A DNA stretch of 64,000 nucleotides from an uncultured Peptococcaceae bacterium (lineage in GTDB: Bacteria > Bacillota > Peptococcia > Peptococcales > Peptococcaceae): assembly GCA_963558655.1 (NCBI GenBank), contig CAUWHJ010000008.1, forward strand, positions 3,688-67,687, given 5' to 3'. A program made the position numbers and the translations under genes. The notes beneath the pieces are model-generated. The model was not told the DNA's origin. It worked only from the letters and a program-made list of their open reading frames with translations, and made no database searches. Positions 1-9,528 of the stretch are shown here, piece by piece (positions within the stretch are counted from its first letter, which is position 1; every line of letters starts with the position of its first letter).

Positions 1-1269
1 ATGATTTGGCCAAGTATTGTAGCTATGGTTGCAGTTGGATTAGAAACCGGAATGACAAAGATGTTGGGGGCAGGAATTGCAAATCCGGTAATAGCAGGGT
101 TGTTAATTTTGTTTCCTATGTTTTCGGTATTGAGTGACCTTCATGTTACTGAGTGGTTGGCAAATAAATTTATTACAAATAGATTTGCATTAGGGCGGCC
201 TTGGGTTGGTATTTCTATTATTTTCTTAGGAGCTTTTTTGACGTCATTTATTAATACAATTCTGGTTGTTATTATTTTTTGTACATTTGCTGTGAGTTTA
301 TGTAACAATTTAGGCATAGCTCCTTATAGTAAGTTTGCAACTTCTTTAGTTATTGGAATTGTATATGCGATTATGCTTGGTCAGGTAACGGTTCCATTTA
401 TTGGTACAGGTTTGACTTTTTCAACAGCTTATCAGGGGATGTTTCAAACGCCTATTTCTTATGGAAAATATCTGGCTTTTATTTATCCAGCTGGAATCGT
501 TCTTGTGCTTCTCTATGTATTGGTGATGAAATATATTATTCGTGTTGATGTTTCACCATTGAAGAATTTGACTGAAGATATGCTTGGTGCAGCAACAGCA
601 AAATTGAGCAAAGATCAAAAAAAGGCGATTATCTTTTTTCTGATTTTTGTTGTTCTTGTGGTATTATCTTCAGTTTTACCAAAAGATATTGTCATAGGTG
701 GGGTATTAAGTAATTTGGGCTTCTTTGGTATTTGTGCTGTACTGGGTGCAATTATGATGCTTGCGAAAAGATCGAATGGTGAGCCAATGCTTAACTTTTC
801 TAAGATGGCAGAGCATTTGCCATGGGAAGCATTCTTTATGACAGCTTTTATTATGGTCATTTCTGCGTTTTTGACGACTCCGGAAACGGGATTAAATGAA
901 ACGATTGCAGATCTAATTATGCCAATGACGAAATTAAATCCATGGATTTTTATTGTATTGGTATTATGTTTTGCAGCAATTGTGACAAACTTTGCCAATA
1001 ATGTAGTGTTAACGATCGTAATTATGCCAATTTTGTTTAATTTTGGCACAATGGTAGGAATGAATCCAACCGGTCTCATTTTAATATTACTGATTGTAAC
1101 ACAGTTGGCGTTAGCTACTCCTGGAGCATCGCCAGTGACAGCAATAGCAATGACGTATAAAAAAATTGTTAAAGTTACAGATATGATGAAAATGAGTTTG
1201 CTCATTATTCCTATCATGTTGATTCTATCGATTTTAGTATGCTTTGGCTGGTCGCTTGTTATTTTTTAA
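1..1269 (+). CDS. Ion-transporter (IT) superfamily permease, DASS/ArsB-like; 5' end lies outside the window
   Basis: ORF is open to the window edge. The protein is almost entirely hydrophobic and multi-TM, with a C-terminal re-entrant-type motif NFANNVVLTIVIMPI. It is a clear paralogue of the ORF at 37472..38923 (shared (M/L)IWPS, GRPW, NF(A/T)NN motifs). AT-rich (~35% GC by eye). Confidence 0.7.
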   Translation: MIWPSIVAMVAVGLETGMTKMLGAGIANPVIAGLLILFPMFSVLSDLHVTEWLANKFITNRFALGRPWVGISIIFLGAFLTSFINTILVVIIFCTFAVSLCNNLGIAPYSKFATSLVIGIVYAIMLGQVTVPFIGTGLTFSTAYQGMFQTPISYGKYLAFIYPAGIVLVLLYVLVMKYIIRVDVSPLKNLTEDMLGAATAKLSKDQKKAIIFFLIFVVLVVLSSVLPKDIVIGGVLSNLGFFGICAVLGAIMMLAKRSNGEPMLNFSKMAEHLPWEAFFMTAFIMVISAFLTTPETGLNETIADLIMPMTKLNPWIFIVLVLCFAAIVTNFANNVVLTIVIMPILFNFGTMVGMNPTGLILILLIVTQLALATPGASPVTAIAMTYKKIVKVTDMMKMSLLIIPIMLILSILVCFGWSLVIF

Positions 1270-1287
1270 GTACGATTTAGTAGAAGT

Positions 1288-1318
1288 GAGGTAGGCAATT
1301 GTTTTGTCTACCTTTTTA
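1288..1318 (+). terminator. Intrinsic terminator after the permease gene
   Basis: Imperfect hairpin (ggtaggcaa / ttgtctacc arms, 5-nt loop) followed by ttttt, 20 nt after the stop codon. Confidence 0.6.
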
Positions 1319-1343
1319 GTATTAAAAAGAAAAAGTATAAAGG

Positions 1344-1784
1344 ATGGTTAGTCAAATGGAAAAAATAGAACGTATTGAGTTTTTAAAGGATAGGGCGAAA
1401 CATTGTGTTTGTAAATATTGCGGTGGTCGCTTAGAAGTAAGACAAATTATTTTTTACGACCAAAAAGAAGCTCGTATAGAGTTATATTGTACAGAATGTA
1501 ATCGAATGGAGTATGGTGTGGAAAAAGAAATTTTTAAAAGTGCGAAATATTTCGTAGAGGAAATGGCGTTTAATCACTATCCTGACTTAGATGATAATGA
1601 AAAAACAAAACAGATGAATATAGCTAAGGTGAGTGAGATTTTAAACTGGGGATGTAAGACAATGGGGGTTTTAGATGATAATGGTTTTAAAGTTTCGGTA
1701 AAAATGGATGAAGAACTATTGGGGAAAAGTATTGTTTTAGATGAAGATTCTTTATTGAAACTTTTGCAGGAGATGGAGTTATGA
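1344..1784 (+). CDS. Hypothetical Zn-ribbon protein (146 aa)
   Basis: Two CxxC pairs (CKYCGG ... CTECN) about 20 aa apart near the N-terminus, then an acidic C-terminal half. The stop overlaps the next start (ATGA at 1781-1784). The start could instead be ATG 1356. Confidence 0.6.
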   Translation: MVSQMEKIERIEFLKDRAKHCVCKYCGGRLEVRQIIFYDQKEARIELYCTECNRMEYGVEKEIFKSAKYFVEEMAFNHYPDLDDNEKTKQMNIAKVSEILNWGCKTMGVLDDNGFKVSVKMDEELLGKSIVLDEDSLLKLLQEMEL

Positions 1785-2569
1785 GTACGGGTGTTGTGTG
1801 TTTAAAAAATGTGTCTTGTCAAGTTGGGCATCGATATTTATTACAAAATATTAATTTTGATTTACAAGCTGGTAGTAATTGTTTGATCCTTGGTGAAAAT
1901 GGGAGTGGGAAAACGACATTATTGAGTGTCATTTCAGGGATGAAACATTGTTCTGCTGGCAGCGTGGAAGTTTTTGGTCAAGCGCAAATGGAGACATCTA
2001 TAATAGAAATGCGTAAGAAGATTGGATTTGTAAGCACATCGTTTTATGATCGCTATTATCACAAGGAGTCTGTATTAAATATTGTGTTATCAGGAAAATG
2101 TGGAACATTTGGTATTGATAAAAATATCGATTATTGTGATGTTGTAGAAGCTAAAGCAATATTAAAAGCGTTGAATTTAATAGATGTTATAGACTATCCA
2201 TTTTCATATTTATCCAAAGGAGAGCGTCAAAATACTCTGCTGGCTAGGACGTTGTTACAACATCCCAATCTTTTTTTGATGGATGAACCTATGAGTGGTT
2301 TGGATATTTTAAATGTGAAAAAAGTGAAAAAATTGGTGAAAAGTTTGGCGAAAAATAAAGATATATCAATGTTGTATGTTACTCATCACATTGAAGAGAT
2401 TTCGATAGAGTGTTTTGATTATCTTATGTTATTGAGACGTGGACGAATTTATCGATATGGAAAAATAGAAGATCTATTGAATCAAGATATTCTAAGCGAA
2501 TTTTTTGGCTATGATGTAATGTTGGTGAATGGGAAAGATGGTTATTGTTCCCTAAAGGTGGTGGAATAA
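1781..2569 (+). CDS. Orphan single-domain ABC ATPase, YlmA/ModF-like, with no permease partner
   Basis: Walker A GENGSGKTT, signature LSKGERQ, Walker B LFLMDEP, H-loop VTHH. Overall pattern resembles B. subtilis YlmA (IVLSGK..., ...LSEFFGY tail). RBS aggag lies 8 nt upstream. Confidence 0.85.
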   Translation: MSTGVVCLKNVSCQVGHRYLLQNINFDLQAGSNCLILGENGSGKTTLLSVISGMKHCSAGSVEVFGQAQMETSIIEMRKKIGFVSTSFYDRYYHKESVLNIVLSGKCGTFGIDKNIDYCDVVEAKAILKALNLIDVIDYPFSYLSKGERQNTLLARTLLQHPNLFLMDEPMSGLDILNVKKVKKLVKSLAKNKDISMLYVTHHIEEISIECFDYLMLLRRGRIYRYGKIEDLLNQDILSEFFGYDVMLVNGKDGYCSLKVVE

Positions 2570-2570
2570 A

Positions 2571-3374
2571 GTGACAACTTCATTAAGAGATGTTTCGGCA
2601 GCTCAGATGGTAAATGCATTGGCAGAGGTAGGCTATTTTGATAATGAGTATAATGTGTACGGTTGTGCATTTTGGTATGAGAATAAGGTACATTACATTG
2701 TAAGTGATGATTATAATGCGATCTGTAATTTTAAAAAAAAGGCAGTATGGGAAGATATTTATGCTTCGCCAGTGTGGAAACGTGAAATAAAAGATTCTTT
2801 TTTAGAAGGCATGGAGCGAAGACATATTTTAAAATTAAAGCTTGAATTGGCTAAGGAATTGTATAATGCTTATCCTGCGTCGTATTTTAAAGAAAGGGTG
2901 GCTGAAAACTATCAAGATAGTGCTTATGATATTTTAAAAGATTGGCAACAAGAAATTGATGGATATTTTGATGAAGATGAATTGATTCTTTTTGAAGAAG
3001 CTGTTCGTTGTGCTTATCAAGGTCATAAAATAACACCAGAACATATGAAATCATTTCGTTTTTGGATTAAGCATGTACGAATGCAAATGACAGAAAACAT
3101 TGAAAAAAAGGATCGGTTTAGTCGAACTTTATATGGCTTTGCGTATGAAAATGAAGGCAAAATATTATATGTATCCAATGCAAATCAAAAAGTGATTTAT
3201 GAACGTAAAGAAGAGGTGGTCGCTAAGGGATTGTTTGTAACGCCGATTTTTGAAAAAGAATATTGGTATCATCAAAGTGAACAACTATATAAATTGAGAG
3301 GATTGTTTGAAGAAAATTTAAAAAGCATATATAATAAAAGACGTATAAAAGAGATGAAAAAAATATTATTATAG
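2571..3374 (+). CDS. Hypothetical soluble protein (267 aa), no recognisable motifs
   Basis: GTG start 1 nt after the upstream stop, with RBS aaggtgg. No TM segments. Aromatic and charged-rich. Followed by a strong terminator. Confidence 0.6.
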   Translation: MTTSLRDVSAAQMVNALAEVGYFDNEYNVYGCAFWYENKVHYIVSDDYNAICNFKKKAVWEDIYASPVWKREIKDSFLEGMERRHILKLKLELAKELYNAYPASYFKERVAENYQDSAYDILKDWQQEIDGYFDEDELILFEEAVRCAYQGHKITPEHMKSFRFWIKHVRMQMTENIEKKDRFSRTLYGFAYENEGKILYVSNANQKVIYERKEEVVAKGLFVTPIFEKEYWYHQSEQLYKLRGLFEENLKSIYNKRRIKEMKKILL

Positions 3375-3401
3375 ATTTAAAGATCATCTTAGATTATAGA
3401 T

Positions 3402-3437
3402 AAACCCTATTTGGAATTTTCTAAAATAGGGTTTTTT
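3402..3437 (+). terminator. Intrinsic terminator closing the three-gene module
   Basis: 11-bp perfect stem aaaccctattt / aaatagggttt, 11-nt loop, then tttt. Confidence 0.8.
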
Positions 3438-3620
3438 ATATTTCAGGAAAATAGGCAGATAATTGTTCTAAGATTGTTGAATAATTTACCAAAATGTTTT
3501 CAGAGATATGGAATAGCCTTCTAGTTTGTTTTTGGTAGTAGGGAACTTAATAGATTTGAAACCTTTATAGCTTATTGTTTTATATATGGTAATCTGACAT
3601 TTTTTCAGCACAGTGTTCTC

Positions 3621-3649
3621 TTGAAAGTTTGCAATCTTTCAGTTAAGAT
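3621..3649 (+). promoter_or_regulatory. Sigma-70-type promoter upstream of prfA
   Basis: TTGAAA (3621-3626), 17-nt spacer, TAAGAT (3644-3649). Confidence 0.5.
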
Positions 3650-3661
3650 AAATTCGGATGT

Positions 3662-3686
3662 CCGGGCAGTAGCCCGGCCTTTTTTC
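3662..3686 (+). terminator. Terminator-like hairpin in the prfA leader (possible attenuator or orphan terminator)
   Basis: ccgggc-agta-gcccgg stem-loop followed by ccttttttc. It ends 20 nt before the prfA ATG and lies just downstream of the predicted promoter. Confidence 0.5.
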
Positions 3687-3706
3687 AGTGTGAACAGAAG
3701 GGAGCG

Positions 3707-4795
3707 ATGCAGATGTTAGATAAGCTGCAAAACTTAGATGATAAATATGAAGAACTGGGGCGTTTATTGGCTGATCCAGAGGTGCTTGGCAATCCTGAGG
3801 AGTTGCGTAAAACTGCCAAGGCGCGTGCCGATTTGGAAGATGTGGTTATGGCTTGGCGCGAGTACCGTAAGTCTTCAGAGGAGTTGGAAGAAGCCAAAGT
3901 GATGCTTGCTGACGATTTGGACGATGAGATGGCGCAGATGGTTAAGGAAGAAATTAAAACATTGAGCGCTCAAGTGGAGAAATTGGAGCATGAGATCAAT
4001 GTGCTCTTATTGCCGAAAGATCCGAACGATGAACGTAATGTTATTGTAGAGGTGCGTGCGGGTACTGGCGGTGACGAGGCAGCCCTGTTTGCGGCGGATT
4101 TGTATAAGATGTATGTGCGCTATGCAGAAAAACAAGGCTGGAAAGTAGACGTGATGAACTCTAACGAGACAGATGGCGGTGGTTATAAAGAAGTGACCTT
4201 TATGATTATCGGTAAGGGTGCCTACAGCAAACTCAAGTTTGAAAGCGGGGTGCATCGTGTGCAGCGTGTGCCGGCTACCGAGGCGAGCGGCCGTATTCAC
4301 ACATCGGCAGCAACGGTGGCGGTATTGCCGGAAGCCGATGATGTGGAAGTGCACATCGAGCCAAAGGACTTGCGTATTGATGTGTTCTGCTCTAGCGGTC
4401 CTGGTGGGCAGTCGGTTAACACGACAAAATCGGCTGCACGTGTCACGCACATTCCAACAGGGCTTGTGGTGAGCTGCCAAGATGAAAAATCTCAGCAGAT
4501 GAATAAGGAAAAAGCCATTAAGGTGCTCAAGAGCCGTCTGTATGAAAAAATGATGGAAGAACAGCATGGCGAAGAAGCGGCATTGCGCCGTTCTATGATT
4601 GGCAGCGGCGACCGCAGTGAACGTATTCGCACCTATAATTTCCCACAAGGCCGCATTACAGACCATCGTATCAATTTAACGACTCATCGCCTGGAGCAGA
4701 CCTTGATGGGGGATCTTGAAGAACTTATTGACGCTCTTGTGAGCACCGACCAGGCACGCAAACTCAAACAGGCGGCCGAGGAGGTTGAAGCATGA
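3707..4795 (+). CDS. prfA: Peptide chain release factor 1
   Basis: GGQ motif ([11 protein letters not shown]). RF1-type PAT tripeptide (RVPATE). RBS gaagggag upstream. Confidence 0.97.
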   Translation: MQMLDKLQNLDDKYEELGRLLADPEVLGNPEELRKTAKARADLEDVVMAWREYRKSSEELEEAKVMLADDLDDEMAQMVKEEIKTLSAQVEKLEHEINVLLLPKDPNDERNVIVEVRAGTGGDEAALFAADLYKMYVRYAEKQGWKVDVMNSNETDGGGYKEVTFMIIGKGAYSKLKFESGVHRVQRVPATEASGRIHTSAATVAVLPEADDVEVHIEPKDLRIDVFCSSGPGGQSVNTTKSAARVTHIPTGLVVSCQDEKSQQMNKEKAIKVLKSRLYEKMMEEQHGEEAALRRSMIGSGDRSERIRTYNFPQGRITDHRINLTTHRLEQTLMGDLEELIDALVSTDQARKLKQAAEEVEA

Positions 4796-5613
4796 CGCTG
4801 CGCCAGTGGCTGCACACAGCGCAGGCAGCGTGTCCGCATTTGGAACGGTTTGACCTGGAACATTTGTTATCGGTACGGCTGGATACAGCGCGCGCCCATC
4901 TTTTGGCGCATTTAGACGATGCCTTGCCGGAAATGGTACAAGCACAGCTTGCGGACGATATAGCGGCGCTTTCGGCGCATATGCCGCTGCAATATGTGCT
5001 CGGCGAAGCTTGGTTTGCCGGTGAACGTTACGAAGTGAACGAGCACGTGTTGATTCCGCGTTTTGACACCGAATATTTGGTTGAAGCGGTCTTGGAAAAA
5101 GTGAGCAAACCGCAGGCGCAGGTGCTTGACCTCTGCACGGGCAGCGGCATCATTGCCATTACGCTGGCACGGGCGCGGCATGATTGGCAGCTTTTTGCTT
5201 CCGATTTGTCGGCAGAGGCGTTGGCGGTGGCGAAACGCAACGCTGAACGCTTACAGGCAAAGGTGGCGTGGCGACAGGGCGACTTTTTGTTGCCATGGCA
5301 GGGTATGCGTTTTGATGTCATTGTGTCTAATCCGCCTTATATTAGCGCCGAAGAGTATGCTGCTTTATCACCGGAGGTGCATAAAGAACCCGAGATGGCG
5401 CTTATTGCCGCGCATGATGGTCTTGCGTTTTATGAACGTTTGGCCAAGGAAGCGTCTCACTACCTTTTGCCCAAGGGCTGGCTGGCTGTTGAAATTGGCT
5501 GGCAGCAGGGACAGGCTGTGCAGGCGTTGTTCAAACACTACGGCTTGAAGGAGGTGGCGTGTCTGCCCGACGGTCAGGGGCATGATCGTGTTGTGGTCGG
5601 ACAATGCTTATGA
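4792..5613 (+). CDS. prmC: Release-factor glutamine N5-methyltransferase
   Basis: ATGA overlap with the prfA stop. NPPY motif (VSNPPYI). SAM-binding [12 protein letters not shown]. Confidence 0.9.
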   Translation: MTLRQWLHTAQAACPHLERFDLEHLLSVRLDTARAHLLAHLDDALPEMVQAQLADDIAALSAHMPLQYVLGEAWFAGERYEVNEHVLIPRFDTEYLVEAVLEKVSKPQAQVLDLCTGSGIIAITLARARHDWQLFASDLSAEALAVAKRNAERLQAKVAWRQGDFLLPWQGMRFDVIVSNPPYISAEEYAALSPEVHKEPEMALIAAHDGLAFYERLAKEASHYLLPKGWLAVEIGWQQGQAVQALFKHYGLKEVACLPDGQGHDRVVVGQCL

Positions 5614-7001
5614 GTACGTTTTCCAGAAAAAATGATGTCAGTTTAATTTTTGTCATTGTTATCGCCTGTTTTTTGGCACTTTTTAATTCCACCGCATTGA
5701 ATGCGGGTTTGCCAATTTTCATCGACATTTTTGATGCGTCTGTTACAGAGGTGCAGTGGATTATGATTGGCTACACCGTCATTATGGGGGTGGCCAGCCC
5801 GTTGGCGGCATGGTTTGTGCATCGCTTTACGCTGCGTAATTATTTTGTTTATAGTATGTTTGCCTATGCCATTCTTTCTTTTGTGAGTGGTTTGTTTGCA
5901 AATGTGTATTTTATTATCGTCATTCGTGCCTTTCAGGGCATTGCCGGTGCAGCGCTGGTTCCGGTCACCATGATTGCCATTTATCGCTTTATTCCACGAC
6001 ATCGCCAACCATTTTTCCTGACGATTCAAAATATGAGCCTTTCTTTGGGGCCGGCGATTGGCCCAGTGATTGCAGGCTTGTTGTTGATGGTTTTAAGCTG
6101 GCGTTGGCTCTTTTGGTTCAGTGTGCCGTTGTCGGTATTGGCTGGCGTGCTTGGTATGCGGGTGCTGCCAAAAGAAGTGCCGCAAAGTGGTGAGAAAATT
6201 GACGTGCCATCGCTGATGACGATTGTCATTGGCAGTATGCTGGTGCTTATGGGATTTAGTTTGGCGAGCGATATGGGGCTGGCGAATCCGCTCATCATTG
6301 CGATGATTGTTGTTGGCTGTATTCTGTGCGTGTATTTCATCAGACGTCAGGGCAAACTGACTTCGCCAATTCTCACCTTCACTGCCTGCCGCAATCGGGA
6401 ATTTGCGCTGGCGCTGATTGCCAATGTGTTGCTTTCCATGGCACTGTGTCTGGCACCTTTCGTGCTTGCCATCTATTTGCAGACAGTGCGCGGCTTCTCG
6501 GCTTTTGAATATGGCTTGCTTTTACTGATACCGGCCATCTTTTCGGTTGGCGGTGCGCCAATCAGCCAGAAACTGTACACCAAGGTGTCATCAAAGGTGC
6601 TTGTGATCGGTGGGCTGCTGTGCCTTTCTGTGGGTAATTTAGCACTTGGTTTTAGCAAAATTGATACCAGCATTGTTTTGTTTATTGCCATACTGTGCCT
6701 GCGTTATCTCGGCATTGGCATTATGGGGATGCCGGTTACGGATCATGGGATGCGCGCCTTGCCGTCTGAGCTTCAAGATGATGGCTCCACGCTTATCAAC
6801 TGGGCAAAACTCATGGCCAACAGCTTTGCGCTCAGTGTGTTCACGATGGTGTACACGCTTGTTTCCAGCGATGTTGCTGGTGCTGGTGGTGAAATGTTGG
6901 CGATGGTTAAAGGTGTCGATGAGGTGTTCATCAGCTCTGCCGTCATGCTGATTCTTGGGTTGATTCCTGCCTTCATGCTTAAGCGTCAGCCACCGCAATG
7001 A
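5604..7001 (+). CDS. MFS transporter, DHA2/EmrB-like (about 14 TM)
   Basis: 465-aa polytopic membrane protein with typical MFS helix spacing. The start overlaps the prmC stop. Confidence 0.85.
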   Translation: MLMSTFSRKNDVSLIFVIVIACFLALFNSTALNAGLPIFIDIFDASVTEVQWIMIGYTVIMGVASPLAAWFVHRFTLRNYFVYSMFAYAILSFVSGLFANVYFIIVIRAFQGIAGAALVPVTMIAIYRFIPRHRQPFFLTIQNMSLSLGPAIGPVIAGLLLMVLSWRWLFWFSVPLSVLAGVLGMRVLPKEVPQSGEKIDVPSLMTIVIGSMLVLMGFSLASDMGLANPLIIAMIVVGCILCVYFIRRQGKLTSPILTFTACRNREFALALIANVLLSMALCLAPFVLAIYLQTVRGFSAFEYGLLLLIPAIFSVGGAPISQKLYTKVSSKVLVIGGLLCLSVGNLALGFSKIDTSIVLFIAILCLRYLGIGIMGMPVTDHGMRALPSELQDDGSTLINWAKLMANSFALSVFTMVYTLVSSDVAGAGGEMLAMVKGVDEVFISSAVMLILGLIPAFMLKRQPPQ

Positions 7002-7090
7002 CATCGTTTTCAATATGCGTGAAAATTTTGGATGAACTGTGGAGCGATTTCGGTTATAATAGGAACGAATGAATAGAGGAGAGATGTCTG

Positions 7091-7735
7091 ATGGCGCTTA
7101 AGGCGTGCATTTTCGATTTGGACGGCACCTTGCTGGATACCTTGGAAGATTTAGCAACGAGTGCTAATAGTGCCCTGGCGGCTTGTGGTTTGCCGACGCG
7201 CAGCCGTGAAGACATTCGTTCTTTCGTGGGCAATGGTGTGCGTGTGCTGATGCGCCGTGCGCTGCCGGAAGGAACCGATGCCGATACGGCGCAAAAAGCG
7301 TATGAAGCATTTTTGGACATTTATGCCCGCAACAAAGCGCAAACCACCAAGCCATACGAGGGCATTATTTCCATGTTGGAAGCACTTCATGCGCGTGGTT
7401 TGCAGCTGGCGGTGCTCTCAAACAAAGATGATGCAGCTGTAGCGGCTTTGTGCGCGCAGTATTTTCCGGACATCTTTGCTCTTACCCAGGGGATGCGTGA
7501 TGGCGTGCGGCCAAAACCGGCGCCAGATGCCCTGCTTTCCCTTTGTGCGCGCCTGGGTGTGGCGCCTGATGAAGTGATCTATATTGGCGATTCAGAAGTG
7601 GATGTGCAGACAGCCAAAGCTGCTGATATGCGCCTGATTGCGGTAACCTGGGGGTTCCGCAGCCGCCAGACGTTGCTTGAAGCTGGCGCGCAGACTTTCG
7701 CGGAGAAACCGATGGATGTGTTGGCTCTCGTGTGA
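7091..7735 (+). CDS. HAD-superfamily hydrolase, phosphoglycolate-phosphatase-like
   Basis: Motif I IFDLDGTLLDT, SNK motif, motif III GDSEVD. RBS agaggagag upstream. Confidence 0.85.
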   Translation: MALKACIFDLDGTLLDTLEDLATSANSALAACGLPTRSREDIRSFVGNGVRVLMRRALPEGTDADTAQKAYEAFLDIYARNKAQTTKPYEGIISMLEALHARGLQLAVLSNKDDAAVAALCAQYFPDIFALTQGMRDGVRPKPAPDALLSLCARLGVAPDEVIYIGDSEVDVQTAKAADMRLIAVTWGFRSRQTLLEAGAQTFAEKPMDVLALV

Positions 7736-7780
7736 CCTGATATGTATTTTTGAAGTATGGAAGATAGAGGAGGTGCTGCC

Positions 7781-8662
7781 ATGGAAGCTTGCTATTACAG
7801 AAAGCTTGACGATGGCGCGGTAGAATGCCAGTTGTGTTCCCATCAGTGTGTGATACAACCTGGCGAAATGGGTCTGTGTAAATGTCGCATCAACGACAAG
7901 GGCACACTGATTGCAAAAACCTACGGAGAAATCAGCGGAATGACCACGGAAGATCTGACGGAAATGGGATTTTACTTTTATCCTGATAAGGATTTGAAAC
8001 TCTTGTCCATTTCGGCGTATGGCTGCAACATGAATTGCCCTTATTGCATCAATCGTCACATTTCTCAGGGACGCATTCATACCGAACACCTGAATTTAGA
8101 AGATTTGGTAGAACGTTTGAAAAACCTGCACCGTTCGCAGGGGGTCAATGGCGTGTGCTATACGTTCAACGAACCCTTGATTTGGTTTGAACACGTGCGT
8201 GATTATTCCAAAGTGGTGCGAGAAAACGGTTACATGAACGCATTGGAAACCAATGGCATGATTCATCCGGAAGCCTTTAAGATACTTTTAGAAACCATGG
8301 ATATGGTGAATATTGATTATAAAGGCTTCAATGCAGACTTTTATCGCAACTATGTCCAGGGTGATTATGAAAATGTGTTGGAAAACATTGCAACTCTGGC
8401 AAAAAGCGGTGTGTATTATGAAGTAACCTGCCTGATTGTTGCTGGTGAAAACGATGCCGAAGCCGATTTTGAACAAGGTATGCAGGCCCTTCAGACGGTG
8501 GCGCCAGATGCGCCGGTGAATCTTTTAGCGGTGGTGCCAGGCAACAAAGAAGACGTTGTATCGCAGCCAAGCATGGAAAAAATGGCGGATCTTCTGGCGA
8601 TTGCAGAAAAATATTTTGACAAGGTGCAAATCGTTGCGCGCGACCAGGCACCACAGTGGTGA
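7781..8662 (+). CDS. Radical SAM enzyme of the PflA-like / AmmeMemoRadiSam-type activase class
   Basis: CxxxCxxC motif GCNMNCPYC, preceded by an N-terminal Cys cluster CQLCSHQC...GLCKCR. Start placed at ATG 7781, 7 nt behind RBS agaggagg (the track ORF begins at 7757). Confidence 0.8.
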   Translation: MEACYYRKLDDGAVECQLCSHQCVIQPGEMGLCKCRINDKGTLIAKTYGEISGMTTEDLTEMGFYFYPDKDLKLLSISAYGCNMNCPYCINRHISQGRIHTEHLNLEDLVERLKNLHRSQGVNGVCYTFNEPLIWFEHVRDYSKVVRENGYMNALETNGMIHPEAFKILLETMDMVNIDYKGFNADFYRNYVQGDYENVLENIATLAKSGVYYEVTCLIVAGENDAEADFEQGMQALQTVAPDAPVNLLAVVPGNKEDVVSQPSMEKMADLLAIAEKYFDKVQIVARDQAPQW

Positions 8663-9528
8663 GTGGTATGGAGCATTATAAAGACAGCTTGGTGACCATC
8701 AACTATGAGCTGCGCGACTGCCAGAAAAAAGAAGAAAAACTGCTCTTTGCCGATCCTATGTGGAAAAAGGCAGTGAGCAAAACCACTGGTTCTGTGCGTG
8801 CGAAGGTGGAAGAAAAAATTCCTGAAAAATTGGAAGAAACGCTCAATGCCGCTTTTACCACAGCTTTTAAGATGGTTTTTCAAGAAGGAAAGGCACTTAT
8901 CAAGAAAACTTACGATAAAGAAAAACTCAAAAATGAGTATGTAGAAAAACGTGTGGAGGTTCAAACCAAAGGGGATCGCTCCCTGCTCAAACGTTTGCGT
9001 CAACCAAGCGAAAAGCGTTATGTTAAATCTCTTGGTGTTGCCACAACAGAGGGCGTTGGTTTGGGGCTTTTGGGCATTGGCTTGCCGGATATTCCCATTT
9101 TAATAGGAAACATGATTCGCACCTGCACTGTTTCGGCACAGGCGCATGGGCTTGACACCGACCGTTTGGATGAGCAGGTGTATATGCTGCGCTTGATTCG
9201 TCTTTTAGCCATGCCTGTTGAAGAACGTGGTGAAGAAAATACGCGGCTTGATGTATTGGGCGAAGACATTGATGCAGGTGCAGCCAAATCATTTGACCTT
9301 GAAGCAGAAATGCAAACCACCTCTGAACGTTTAGCGATGACCATGCTCTTTAGCCGCTTTGTCATGGGTTTGCCGATTGTAGGCGTGGCAGGTGGGCTGT
9401 ATAATCCGGTGATCGTCTCGCAGCTTCATCAGCTGGCAGAGATCAAATATGAAAAAAGATTGCTAAAACGATGCAAAGCGGATCTCGTTCGCCAGCATCA
9501 TAAAGAACAAGGAGAGATGAAACAATGA
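8656..9528 (+). CDS. EcsC-family-like protein
   Basis: Central GLGLLGIGLPDIPILIGNMIR...GLD and C-terminal GLPIVGVAGG...YEKRLL patterns resemble B. subtilis EcsC. The start overlaps the upstream stop. Confidence 0.55.
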   Translation: MVSGMEHYKDSLVTINYELRDCQKKEEKLLFADPMWKKAVSKTTGSVRAKVEEKIPEKLEETLNAAFTTAFKMVFQEGKALIKKTYDKEKLKNEYVEKRVEVQTKGDRSLLKRLRQPSEKRYVKSLGVATTEGVGLGLLGIGLPDIPILIGNMIRTCTVSAQAHGLDTDRLDEQVYMLRLIRLLAMPVEERGEENTRLDVLGEDIDAGAAKSFDLEAEMQTTSERLAMTMLFSRFVMGLPIVGVAGGLYNPVIVSQLHQLAEIKYEKRLLKRCKADLVRQHHKEQGEMKQ

